Assembly: GCA_036676495.1 (NCBI GenBank)
Contig: JAKFCT010000038.1
Span: 1 to 64,000, forward strand
DNA length: 64,000 nucleotides
From: Candidatus Sericytochromatia bacterium
GTDB taxonomy: Bacteria > Cyanobacteriota > Sericytochromatia > S15B-MN24 > UBA4093
Direction: 5' to 3'
Part shown: positions 47,098 through 56,303 of the stretch, one piece after another
Position numbering within the stretch: position 1 is the first letter of the stretch
Layout of the letters: each line of letters opens with the position of its first letter
The notes under the pieces: model-generated
What the model was told of the DNA's origin: nothing
Databases searched by the model: none
Seen by the model: only the letters and a program-made list of their open reading frames with translations
Made by a program: the position numbers and the translations under genes

Positions 47098-47849
47098 GCG
47101 GGCTCCGCAGCCGGGATGGTCACCTCGAGCGGCGCTTCCAGCTCGGAGACCAGCGGGGCGAGAACCGGATCCTCCTCAGGATCGGTCAAGAGCACGGAGG
47201 ACGCGAGCTCCCGGAACTGGGTCGCGAACCGCCCGTCCACGCGTCCGGTCAGCGTCTCGACGATCACCCCTCCGAGGCCGATCGCCGGATCGGGCTTGAT
47301 CTCGACGCCCGGCAGGTTCAGGTAGCCCGCGAGGCCCGAGGCATCGGCGGGATGCACCCGAATGCGGACGATCGCCGCATCTCCGAGGTGTTCGAGGGTC
47401 CCGTGAATCAGGGAGACGAGCATCCCGCGGTCCCGCGCTTCCCGGTGAAGGATGCGCTCAGCCGTGAGGAGAGCGAGCCGGATGACGTCGTCCTCCGACT
47501 CCTGCAGCCAGGCCTTGCGGCTGGCGACCAGGGCGCGAGTCTCCGCGACGAGGGCCTGAACCTGATCTTGCCACTGGCTGCGCCCCTCGGCATCGCCCTG
47601 AGCGAGGCCCATCTGGTAGCCTTCCTGGCGAGCGGCCTCGCGGATGCGCTCGGCCTCGGCATGGGCGCTTGCCAGCACGCGCTCCGCTTCGGCCTGCGCC
47701 TCGGCGAGCAGGGCCCCGAGATCGACCTCGGGCTCCACGGCGAGAGTATCGGGCTCCTCGAGGACGGCGGGAACCACCTCGGTGTCCTGCGGAGTCGGGA
47801 GCACCCACTTGCCGTCGCGCAGCTGCGCGCCCTTGAGGATGCGACCCAT
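47082..47849 (-). CDS. fliH: Flagellar assembly protein FliH
   Basis: AxxxG repeats (ARQEGYQMGLAQGDAEG), IRVHPAD, GGVIVET..GRVDG. Confidence 0.9.
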   Translation of the reverse strand: MGRILKGAQLRDGKWVLPTPQDTEVVPAVLEEPDTLAVEPEVDLGALLAEAQAEAERVLASAHAEAERIREAARQEGYQMGLAQGDAEGRSQWQDQVQALVAETRALVASRKAWLQESEDDVIRLALLTAERILHREARDRGMLVSLIHGTLEHLGDAAIVRIRVHPADASGLAGYLNLPGVEIKPDPAIGLGGVIVETLTGRVDGRFATQFRELASSVLLTDPEEDPVLAPLVSELEAPLEVTIPAAEPAWKPV

Positions 47850-47852
47850 GGC

Positions 47853-48863
47853 CTACCCGACCAATTCGTCGCCCGAGCCGCGGGAAACGATGATCTCGCC
47901 CTTCTCCTCGAGGGAGCGGATGGTGGCCACGATCTTCTGCTGGACTTCTTCGACGTCGCGGACGCGCACCGGCCCCATGAACTCGATCTCGTCGCGGACG
48001 ATCTTGCCCATGCGCTCGGACATGTTCTTGAAGATCCGGGTCCGGACGTCGTCGTTGGAGCCCTTGAGGGCGATCGCCAGCTCCTTGGTGTCCACGTCGC
48101 GGAGGATGCGCTGAATCGACCGGTCGTCGAGCACCACGATATCCTCGAAGACGAACATGAGCTTCTTGATTTCCTCGGCGAGATCCGGGTTCTGCTCCTC
48201 GAGGGATTCCAGGATGGTCTTCTCGGTCCCGCGGTCGACCCGGTTGAGCACGTCGACCAGGGCCTTGAGGCCGCCGGCGTTGGTGAAGTCCTGATTCATG
48301 ACCGCCGAGAACTTCCGCTCCAGCACCTTCTCGACCTCGCGCAGCACGGCGGGAGTCGTCCGGTCCATCTGGGCGATTCGGGTCGCCACTTCGGTCTGCA
48401 AGTCGGAGGGCAGGCCCGAGATCACCATGGCCGCCTGCTCGGCCTTCATGTAGGCCAGGATCAGGGCGATGGTCTGGGGATGCTCGTTCTGGATGAAGTT
48501 GAGGATCTGCGAGGCGTCCGCCTGGCGGATGAACTCGAAGGGCAGGGTGGTCAGCGACTCGCTGAGGCGCTGCAGGATCTCCTCGGCCTTGTCCGGACCG
48601 AGCGCCTTCGACAGGAGCTCGCGGGCGAAGTTCACGCCGCCGGTGGAGATGTACTGGTTGGCCTGGAGCGTGTGGTAGAACTCCTCGAGCAGCTCCTCGG
48701 AGGCCTCGTTGGAGAGCTTGCCGAGGTTGGCGATCTCGAGCGTGAGAGTCTCGACCTCCTCGGTATCTCCCAGGGCCTTGAGGATCATGCTGGCGGTGTC
48801 GGGGCCGAGCGCCACCAACAAGGCCGCCGCTTTCTGCTTGCCGGAAAGATTCTTCACCTTCAT
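47853..48863 (-). CDS. fliG: Flagellar rotor protein FliG
   Basis: KAAALLVALG, EHPQTIALIL, MFVFEDI, GPVRVRDVEE. Confidence 0.97.
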   Translation of the reverse strand: MKVKNLSGKQKAAALLVALGPDTASMILKALGDTEEVETLTLEIANLGKLSNEASEELLEEFYHTLQANQYISTGGVNFARELLSKALGPDKAEEILQRLSESLTTLPFEFIRQADASQILNFIQNEHPQTIALILAYMKAEQAAMVISGLPSDLQTEVATRIAQMDRTTPAVLREVEKVLERKFSAVMNQDFTNAGGLKALVDVLNRVDRGTEKTILESLEEQNPDLAEEIKKLMFVFEDIVVLDDRSIQRILRDVDTKELAIALKGSNDDVRTRIFKNMSERMGKIVRDEIEFMGPVRVRDVEEVQQKIVATIRSLEEKGEIIVSRGSGDELVG

Positions 48864-48866
48864 GGG

Positions 48867-50453
48867 CTATTCGTCCTCCAGCATCCAGGAGCGCACGAGA
48901 CGGGCCACCTCGTCGGGCTGGCTCTTGATGACCTTGGAGATCTCGCGCTGGAGGTGGGTCTTGCGGTCCTCTTCGCCGATCTGACCGATTTCCGCCAGGT
49001 CCTGCTTGACGGTCGACTCGAGGGTCAAGGGGGCGAGATCGGGCAGCTCCTCTTCCTGCGGCTTGCCCCGCAGGCCGCGCCGCAAGAGGATCAAGGCCAC
49101 GATGCCCAGGATGAGGGCGGCCGCCACCTTGAGGTAGAACTGGGTCTGCTCCTGCTGCTCCGCCTTGGCGAAGGCCTCTTCCTGGGCCTTGGCCACGGTG
49201 TCGTTGAACTTGAGGGCCGAGACCACGACGGTATCCCCGCGCAGCTCGTTGACGCCGGCCGCCGCGGAGATCATCTGGCGCAGGTCGGCGATTTGCTCCT
49301 CTTCGAGCTCGCCGTTCACGGCCACGGCCACCGAGAGGCGCTTCAGCTCCGCGGGAGGCTTGATCTTGCGCTGGACCGACTTGTTGACCTCGTAGTTGCG
49401 GGTGTGGTCGAGCTTCTCGTAGGCGCCAGGTCCCGCGGCCGTCGAGGAAGAGGCCTCGTAGGTCGGGATGTTGGTGGCGGTGCCGGGCACGCCTCCGCTC
49501 TGGCCCTGGGTGCCGTCCCAGCGCTCATGGAACTCCCGCTCGGAGCGCAGGATGCCCGAACGCGTCCCGTCCGCGGCGGTGACGACCGGCTCGAAGGTCT
49601 CCTGGTTGGTCTCGAGCTGGCTGAAGTCCATCTCGGCCACCACGTTGACCACCGCGCCGTTGGGGCCGAGGACCCGGTCGAGCATGCCCTGGAGGTTCTT
49701 GCGGATGCCCAGCTCGGTCTGGCGCTTCAGCTCCAGCTGCTTGAGGCTCTGCTCGGGAGAAAGGGGATTGTCCTGGCCGAGGGCCAGCTCGTCGGAGTAG
49801 TTGCGGCCGTTGACGTCGGTGATGACGACGTTGGAGGGCGTGAGGCCCTTCACGGACTTGGAGACCAGGTGAACGATGGTCTTGGCCTGCTCGGGGGAGA
49901 ACTTCGAGGTGGGGTAGAGCTTGAGGACGACGGCGGCGGTCGGGCTCTCGGCGGTATCCGTGAAGAGGTCGGGCTCGGGAATCACGAGGTGGACCCGCGC
50001 CTGCTCGACGCCGTCCATGGTGGAGATGGTGCGCGACAGTTCGCCCTGCAGGGCCCGCTGGTAGTTGAGCTTCTGGACGGCCTCGGTCATGCCGAAGGTG
50101 TTCTTGTCGAAGATCTCGAAGCCCACCTCGCCGCCAAGCGGCAGGCCCTGGGCCGCCATCTGGAGCCGCAGCTCGTGCACCTGGCTGCGGGGGACCATGA
50201 TGGACTTGCCGCCCGCGGCGATCTCGTAGGGGACCTGGGCGTCCTTGAGCTTCTGGACGATCTGGCCCGCGTCGGCCTCGGTGACGTTGGTGTAAAGCGG
50301 AGCCCACTCGGGGGAGCGCGCCCAGACGAGCAGCAGCACGATGGCCGCGATGGACACCGCGGACACCGCCCCGAAGAGGATTTGTTGGGTTCGGCTCAAG
50401 CCGGACCAAATCCGGCCGATATCAGATTGTAGCTGGCGCAGGAACTCGTTCAT
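48867..50453 (-). CDS. fliF: MS-ring protein FliF
   Basis: GFEIFD..FGMT, RALQGELSRTI, ARVHLVIP, RLSVAVAVNG. Confidence 0.96.
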   Translation of the reverse strand: MNEFLRQLQSDIGRIWSGLSRTQQILFGAVSAVSIAAIVLLLVWARSPEWAPLYTNVTEADAGQIVQKLKDAQVPYEIAAGGKSIMVPRSQVHELRLQMAAQGLPLGGEVGFEIFDKNTFGMTEAVQKLNYQRALQGELSRTISTMDGVEQARVHLVIPEPDLFTDTAESPTAAVVLKLYPTSKFSPEQAKTIVHLVSKSVKGLTPSNVVITDVNGRNYSDELALGQDNPLSPEQSLKQLELKRQTELGIRKNLQGMLDRVLGPNGAVVNVVAEMDFSQLETNQETFEPVVTAADGTRSGILRSEREFHERWDGTQGQSGGVPGTATNIPTYEASSSTAAGPGAYEKLDHTRNYEVNKSVQRKIKPPAELKRLSVAVAVNGELEEEQIADLRQMISAAAGVNELRGDTVVVSALKFNDTVAKAQEEAFAKAEQQEQTQFYLKVAAALILGIVALILLRRGLRGKPQEEELPDLAPLTLESTVKQDLAEIGQIGEEDRKTHLQREISKVIKSQPDEVARLVRSWMLEDE

Positions 50454-50755
50454 CGAACCCTTATCACAGTACCGTCATCCCCGAGACCGCCCTCATGGAT
50501 TCTCCTGAGCAAGCCGTCCTTGGCTGCTGTAGCCGGTTGTCGCCGGCGGACCGCCGGAGGGCCGCGTCGTGATGCCCCCGGGGAGCCCTTCCTTCCGGCC
50601 AACCCCTCACGCTCTCTTCACCTTGGAAGCATAACACGGTTTGGGGCACGGCCAAAGCCTAGCTTAGCACAACGAAAGGAACCTCCGCTCCTATTAATGA
50701 GCGGATATTCGTCCGCTCTTGCTCGGGAAACGAGCTTGAAGCGCGGCCGCAGCGG

Positions 50756-51253
50756 CTATACCTGCATCCTCATGACTTCTTGGTAGGATTCCACCAATTT
50801 ATTTCGAATCTGCATGGTGAGGTTCACCGCCACCGAGGCCTTCTCGGCGGCGATCATCACGTCGTGAAGCTCCACGTCCTTGCCCATGGCCAGATCGCGC
50901 TGCTTGGAGTCGGAGGTCTGGGCGAGCTGGTTGACAGAGCCCAGGTAATTGCCGATCGACTCGAAGACCGGCTCGATGCCGAGCCCCGTACGGGCGGCCC
51001 GCGGACCCATCACGCTCTCGGCTTGCGTACCGGCGTCCGGACCCAGTCTGGGGGCTGCCAGGCTCTGGGCGGGAGGCACGATCGCCGAGGGCTGGCCGCT
51101 CGGAGCGAGCGGCACGGTGGCCGCCGGGCCTTGCGCCTCGGAGCGCGAGTCGAAGATCGCCCCGAAGTCCGGGCGCGGGATCCCGGGAAGGGGGATGCCG
51201 GGAACGCCGGGAAGCGGGGCGCCCATGGGGCCGATGGGGGGCAGAAAGGGCAT
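50756..51253 (-). CDS. fliE: FliE with long Pro-rich N-terminal extension
   Basis: C-terminal LHDVMIAAEKAS..QIRNKLVESYQEVMRMQV. Confidence 0.9.
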   Translation of the reverse strand: MPFLPPIGPMGAPLPGVPGIPLPGIPRPDFGAIFDSRSEAQGPAATVPLAPSGQPSAIVPPAQSLAAPRLGPDAGTQAESVMGPRAARTGLGIEPVFESIGNYLGSVNQLAQTSDSKQRDLAMGKDVELHDVMIAAEKASVAVNLTMQIRNKLVESYQEVMRMQV

Positions 51254-51254
51254 G

Positions 51255-51662
51255 TTAGATCTCCAGGGCCTTGTTGGCGGCGGCCTTCAGCGACTGAATG
51301 ACGGTGACGTTCGCCTCGTAGGAGCGGGTGGCCGAGATCATGTCGGTCATCTCCGTGACGGGGTTGACGTTGGGATAGGCCACGTAGCCCTCCGCGTTGG
51401 CGTCCGGGTGCGCGGGATCGTGGACCAGGCGGAAGGGAGACTCGTCCTCGATCACTCCCGAGACGCGGACTCCGTGGGTCGGGATTCCGGTCGGGCGCTC
51501 GGAGGGGCGCGACTCGAAGACCACCATCTCGCGGCGGTAGGCCTCCCCCTTGTCGGTCCGGGTGGTATTGGCGTTCGCCAGGTTGGAGGAGATCACGTCC
51601 ATGCGCAGGCGCTGGGCGGTGAGCGCCGAGGCGGCGGTATTGAGCGCGTCGAAAAGTCCCAT
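51255..51662 (-). CDS. flgC: Basal-body rod protein FlgC
   Basis: AQRLRMDVISSNLANANTTR, DPAHPDA..GYV.YPNVN, RSYEAN. Confidence 0.96.
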   Translation of the reverse strand: MGLFDALNTAASALTAQRLRMDVISSNLANANTTRTDKGEAYRREMVVFESRPSERPTGIPTHGVRVSGVIEDESPFRLVHDPAHPDANAEGYVAYPNVNPVTEMTDMISATRSYEANVTVIQSLKAAANKALEI

Positions 51663-51686
51663 CGTCTACTCCCTGCCAAAAAGCGG

Positions 51687-52097
51687 CTATGAGCCGCGGA
51701 TCACGTCCTTGAGGCCCGTCATCTTCCGCTTCATCAGATCGGCGACGGCGCTGTAGGTGAGGCTGGTCTGCGCGAGGCGCGTCATCTCGACGTCGATGTC
51801 CACGTTGTTGCCGTCGTTGCGCAGCGTGGAGTCCTCGGCACGGCGCAGCTCGGGGCGGAACTGCGAAAGCCCCTGGGGGCCGAGGCTGAGGTGGCCGGCA
51901 TGGGTCAAGGCCAGCGGAGCCCCGCGCCCGCCTTCGACCGCCGCTTGAAGCTGGGCCTCGTAGGAGACCTCGAAGCGTTTGTAGTGAGGGGTGTCGGCGT
52001 TGGCGACGTTTTCGGCGAGAGCGCGCTGACGCTGACCGAGGCCGGTCAAGCCGGCATGGAGCACGTCGGTGGTTCCACCGAAAAGCTTGTCCAGCAC
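51687..52097 (-). CDS. flgB: Basal-body rod protein FlgB
   Basis: NVANADTPHYK, DGNNVDIDVEM. Confidence 0.95.
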   Translation of the reverse strand: MLDKLFGGTTDVLHAGLTGLGQRQRALAENVANADTPHYKRFEVSYEAQLQAAVEGGRGAPLALTHAGHLSLGPQGLSQFRPELRRAEDSTLRNDGNNVDIDVEMTRLAQTSLTYSAVADLMKRKMTGLKDVIRGS

Positions 52098-52135
52098 GCG
52101 TTCTCTCCTCCTGAAAAGCCCCGCGGGGGCCGCCT

Positions 52136-52193
52136 CACTATACCCCTGACGGGGCGCTTCTAATCGTTATCGGCGCAGCCGGCCGGATCTGAA
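52136..52193 (-). promoter_or_regulatory. Two candidate promoters for flgB operon
   Basis: TTCA-N15-GCCGATAA (52193-52167, sigma28-like) and GGGGTATAGTG (52146-52136). Confidence 0.55.
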
Positions 52194-52879
52194 GGGCTGG
52201 CAGTCGTCCCTTCTTCGCGCGAGCGTGCGATCTCGAGGACCCGCTCGACCACTTGTTCGCGCGTCAGCGTGTCCGTGTCGACGCGAACGGCGTCCGGTGC
52301 TTCCTTCAGGGGGCTCACCGCGCGGTTGGAGTCGTAGGCGTCCCGGCGGGCGATCTCGTCGGCGAGCTCGGGCAAGTCGACCGCGTGACCCTTGGCCTCC
52401 AGGTCCTTGGCCCGGCGGCGCGCCCTCTCCATGGGGGAAGCGACGAGGAAGATCTTGACCGGGGCCTGGGGGAAGACCACGGTGCCGATGTCACGGCCCT
52501 CGGCGACCACTCCGCCGTCCTTGCCGAGTTCGCGCTGGCGGTCGACCAGGACCTCCCGGACGCCGGGATGAGCGGAGACCTGGGAGACGTTCCGGGTGAC
52601 CTGGGGGTCGCGGATGGCCTCGGTGACGTCCTGGCCGTCGATGAGGACGCGGTCCCCGGTTTCCGAGGGAAGCAGGACGATCTCGGCTTCGCGCGCGAGG
52701 CGGGTCAAGGCGTCGGCGTCGTCGAGGGGGAGGCCCTCCTGCATGGCCTTCCAGGTGACGGCGCGGTACATGGCTCCGGTGTCGAGGAAGAGGAGGCCGA
52801 GGCGGCGGGCGACCGCCTTGGCGACGGTGCTCTTGCCGGCCCCGGCGGGGCCGTCGATGGCGACGATGAGGCGGCTCAC
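52160..52879 (-). CDS. cmk: Cytidylate kinase
   Basis: AIDGPAGAGKST, LDTGAMYRA, AEGRDIGTVVFP; GTG start overlapping panC stop. Confidence 0.95.
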   Translation of the reverse strand: MSRLIVAIDGPAGAGKSTVAKAVARRLGLLFLDTGAMYRAVTWKAMQEGLPLDDADALTRLAREAEIVLLPSETGDRVLIDGQDVTEAIRDPQVTRNVSQVSAHPGVREVLVDRQRELGKDGGVVAEGRDIGTVVFPQAPVKIFLVASPMERARRRAKDLEAKGHAVDLPELADEIARRDAYDSNRAVSPLKEAPDAVRVDTDTLTREQVVERVLEIARSREEGTTASPSDPAGCADND

Positions 52880-53760
52880 AGGGAAGCTCCTTCCAAGAGG
52901 CTGGCGAGTCCTCGGTCCGGCGAGTCCGGGGCGAGGAGGGCATTGTCGATGAGGCGGGTCTTGCCCAGCTTGGCGGCGATCGCCATGACGGCGGGGGCCG
53001 CGAGGGCGGAGACGGGGTGGAGGGTGTCGGCGTCGCGCAGGTCGAGGTACTCGAGTGCGAGTCCGGAGAGCTCCGGGCGGGCGGCGGCCAGCAGGCGATC
53101 GGCCGAGCGTTCTCCCGCCAGGTAGGCGCGCATGGCCTGAGCGAGGGCGCGGGAGAGGGCGCGGGCGCGGAGGCGCTCGTCGGGGGCGAGGTAGGCGTTG
53201 CGCGAGCTCAAGGCGAGGCCGTCGGGCTCGCGGACGATGGGGACGCGGACGACTTCGACGGGCAGGGCGAGGTCCGAGACCATCTGGGCGATCACGCGCC
53301 ACTGCTGGAAGTCCTTCTGGCCGAAGAAGGCGGCGTCGGGGCGAACGAGGCCGAAGAGGCGGGCGACGACGGTGGTGACGCCGGCGAAGTGGCCGGGCCG
53401 GGATTGGCCGCAGAGGGGGTCGGTGAGGCCCGCGACCGAGACTTCGGTGCGGAAGCCGGGGGGGTAGACGACCTCGGGCGTGGGGGTGAAGAGCAGGTCG
53501 ACGCCTTCCTGTTCGCAGAGGGCCTGGTCGCGCGCGAGGTCGCGGGGGTAGCGATCGAGGTCTTCGTTGGGGCCGAACTGCTTGGGGTTGACGAAGATCG
53601 AGACGACGACGCGGTCCGAGGCGTGTCGGGCGCGTCGGATGAGGCTGGCGTGACCCTCGTGGAGGAAGCCCATGGTGGGGACGAAGCCGACGCGGGCGTC
53701 GCCTTGGCGGAGGCGAGCTAGGGAATCGCGGAGCTCGGCATGGGAGGAGACCCGGATCAC
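52876..53760 (-). CDS. panC: Pantoate-beta-alanine ligase
   Basis: VPTMGFLHEGH, SIFVNPKQF, RPGHFAGV, FGQKDFQQ, LSSRN, RLIDN; GTG 53760 after AAGGAG. Confidence 0.96.
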   Translation of the reverse strand: MIRVSSHAELRDSLARLRQGDARVGFVPTMGFLHEGHASLIRRARHASDRVVVSIFVNPKQFGPNEDLDRYPRDLARDQALCEQEGVDLLFTPTPEVVYPPGFRTEVSVAGLTDPLCGQSRPGHFAGVTTVVARLFGLVRPDAAFFGQKDFQQWRVIAQMVSDLALPVEVVRVPIVREPDGLALSSRNAYLAPDERLRARALSRALAQAMRAYLAGERSADRLLAAARPELSGLALEYLDLRDADTLHPVSALAAPAVMAIAAKLGKTRLIDNALLAPDSPDRGLASLLEGASL

Positions 53761-54092
53761 AGGAGCGCTCCTTTCGGTCGGAATCAGGCGCAGGGCGGGC
53801 CATACGCGCGGGATCCATTCTAGCACAGCGGCGACCGTGGGTCGCGCGGCGGCTCATGAACCTTGTCGATCGGGGCCATGCCGATGCCGGGGGGTCCGGG
53901 TAGGATCGGGGGGCATGGGGTTCGATCACTCCAGCGTCAACGCCATCAATGGGGATGGAACCTGGCTCCGGATGACGCCACGCAAGGGCCGAGCGCCCAT
54001 TTTTCCCCGGAGAGGCCGGGGGAGCGCCGAACCGGGCCCGTCGGGTTCGACGGGTTCGCCGAGGTGTTCCGAGCGTAAGGAGCGACGCCGCG

Positions 54093-54626
54093 ATGAGACC
54101 CTTGGACTTCGATCTACTGGGTTGTCCCGTGACCGATGTGGAGACTGGCGAGGTGGTCGGGCGGGTCAAGGTGGTGGTGCAGTCCCCGACGCCGGGTCGG
54201 ATTGCGCAGCTGGCGTTGGAGCGGCTGACGGATGGCTGGGCGCGGGAGGCCATGGGGGCGACTCCGGTGATGGGCGAGCCGCTTTACGATGGGCGCGGGG
54301 CGCTGTTGGGGTGGGCGGTCGGGATGGCCGAGAGCCTGCCGGGCGGGGGGATGAGGCGGCTGGGGGAGGCCGGGTCCTTCGCGGGCGGGACGCGGTTCCT
54401 GCTGGTGCGGGAGCAAGCGGAGGGGGAGGGAGCCGTGATCGACGGTCACGATCTTGGCGAGGGCGACTCCGCCCATGGAGACTACATGGTCGGCCAGACG
54501 GCGGCATGCACCCTGATCGATCCGCAGGGCCAGACCGTGATCCGCCAAGGCGAGGTGATCACGGCGGACGTGCTGGAGCGGGCGCGTCGGCTGGGGCTGC
54601 TGCACCGGCTGGAAGCGACCTTCTAA
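54093..54626 (+). CDS. PRC-barrel-like protein
   Basis: LLGCPVTDVETGEVVGRV; C-terminal GEVITADVLERARRLGLL; AAGGAG RBS. Confidence 0.6.
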   Translation: MRPLDFDLLGCPVTDVETGEVVGRVKVVVQSPTPGRIAQLALERLTDGWAREAMGATPVMGEPLYDGRGALLGWAVGMAESLPGGGMRRLGEAGSFAGGTRFLLVREQAEGEGAVIDGHDLGEGDSAHGDYMVGQTAACTLIDPQGQTVIRQGEVITADVLERARRLGLLHRLEATF

Positions 54627-54630
54627 GCGA

Positions 54631-54654
54631 AAGGGGCGCCCGTGGGCGCCCCTT
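54631..54654. terminator. Bidirectional terminator-like hairpin
   Basis: aaggggcgccc-gt-gggcgcccctt between convergent stops. Confidence 0.65.
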
Positions 54655-54658
54655 CGAG

Positions 54659-56092
54659 TTACTTGAGCTTCTGGCCGAGAACCGAGTGCCGGACTCCGTA
54701 GAGGAAGTAGACTCCGATGCCGATGGCCATCCAGATGAGGAAGCGCTGGATGGTGACATGGGGCAGGGAAATCATCAGGTAGCCGCAGCTGAGCACGGTG
54801 CCGATGGCGACCACCGGGATGAAGGGGATCCGGAAGCCCCGCTTCCATTCCGGACGGGTGAAGCGCAGGACCCAGGCGCCGATGGCCACGCAGACGAAGG
54901 CGAAGAGGGTGCCGATGTTGGCGAGCTCCGCCACCGAGGAGATCGGGGTGAGGCCGGCCAGCACCGCCACGGCCACGCCGGTGAGGAGGGTGGTCAGGTG
55001 CGGGGTGCCGAAGCGCGGATGAACCGCCGTGAAGACCTTGGGCATGAGCCCGTCGCGCGCCATGGCGAAGAAGATCCGCGGCATGCCCATCAGCATGACC
55101 ACCAGCACCGAGGTGATGCCGGCCACCGCGCCGACGCTCAACAGCGCCGCCGCCCAGCCCTTGCCGATGTACTCGAGGGCGTAAGCCAACGGAGCCGCGT
55201 TGTTCACCAGCTCCGGGTAGAGGCGCTGGGGGATGATGCCCGTGAAGATGGCGCCGACCGCCACGTAGAAGGCCGTGCAGATGGCGAGCGAGGCCAGGAT
55301 GCCGATGGGCAGGTCGCGCTGGGGGTTCTTGGTCTCTTCGGCGGCGTTGGAGACGGCGTCGAAGCCGATGAAGGCGAAGAAGATCGTCGCCGCCCCGGTC
55401 ATGACCCCGCCGAAGCCGTTGGGGAGGAAGGGGTCCCAGTTGCCCGGGTTGATATGCCCCAGCGTGATGGCGATGAACATCAAGAGCACCGCCACCTTGA
55501 CGAAGACGAAGAGGGTGTTGGTGTTGACCGACTCGCGGATGCCACGGACCAAGACCAAGGTGACGCCCAGGGCGATCAGGATGGCGGGGATGTTCATGAC
55601 GGCCCCCGGCGCCGTGCCCGGGGCGTTGACCCACATGGCCGGCAAGTCGAGGCCGATGTTATGGAGGATCTTGACGAAGTAGCCTGACCATCCGATCGCC
55701 ACCGCCGCGGTGGCCACGACGTACTCGAGGATCAGGACCCAGCCGATCACCCAGGCGATGAACTCTCCGAAGGCGGTGTAGGCGTAGGTGTACGCCGAGC
55801 CCGACGCCGGGATCATGGAGGCGACCTCGGCGTAAGCCAGGGCCGCGAAGGCGCAGGCGAGGCCCGCGAAGAGGAAGCTCAGGATGATGCCCGGCCCCGC
55901 GTACTTGGCGGCGGCGGCCCCCGTGATGACGAAGATGCCGGTTCCGATGATGGCTCCCACTCCCAGGGACGTCAGGTCAAGGGCCCCCAGGACCTTCTTG
56001 AGGCCCGAATCTTCTGCGCCGGGAAGGGGTTTGCGAACCATGAGCCTGGCAAGCAAGCCAGCTCGGGAGCGTTCGTCGGTCACGGTGCTCAC
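54659..56092 (-). CDS. APC-family amino acid permease
   Basis: GVGAIIGTGIF, SGSAYTY, FFAFIGFD, AEETKNPQRDLP, MARDGL. Confidence 0.95.
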   Translation of the reverse strand: MSTVTDERSRAGLLARLMVRKPLPGAEDSGLKKVLGALDLTSLGVGAIIGTGIFVITGAAAAKYAGPGIILSFLFAGLACAFAALAYAEVASMIPASGSAYTYAYTAFGEFIAWVIGWVLILEYVVATAAVAIGWSGYFVKILHNIGLDLPAMWVNAPGTAPGAVMNIPAILIALGVTLVLVRGIRESVNTNTLFVFVKVAVLLMFIAITLGHINPGNWDPFLPNGFGGVMTGAATIFFAFIGFDAVSNAAEETKNPQRDLPIGILASLAICTAFYVAVGAIFTGIIPQRLYPELVNNAAPLAYALEYIGKGWAAALLSVGAVAGITSVLVVMLMGMPRIFFAMARDGLMPKVFTAVHPRFGTPHLTTLLTGVAVAVLAGLTPISSVAELANIGTLFAFVCVAIGAWVLRFTRPEWKRGFRIPFIPVVAIGTVLSCGYLMISLPHVTIQRFLIWMAIGIGVYFLYGVRHSVLGQKLK

Positions 56093-56303
56093 GCATGTCT
56101 CCTCTATCGTTGGGGAAGCGTTCAGTCAAGCAATATCCTAACGTTAAACCCGCTTATGAAGCAACCCACCGAAGCCCCCTGTCCGTTTCGCCGAAGGCAG
56201 GCGAGGCTTTCCGCCGTAGACTCTTGCTCGTCACCCACGGCTTGCTGGCCCGGCGCGCATGCGAGCGGGAAGCAGCCCTTCGACGGGCAGGGGAGGGACG
56301 GCC

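Noticed and set aside
47016-50432. 1138-aa + strand ORF
   Set aside because: Antisense shadow of fliH/fliG/fliF
50580-50605. GGCCGGAAGGAAG (minus strand) resembling the SRP RNA domain IV loop
   Set aside because: Lacks the conserved CAGG and AGCAG flanks and the long closing helix
52880-54253. Apparent 697-aa Cmk fusion
   Set aside because: Upstream part is an Arg/Pro-rich alternative frame of panC; real cmk starts at 52879
56093-56300. Riboswitch upstream of the amino acid permease
   Set aside because: No lysine, glycine, SAM or T-box consensus recognised
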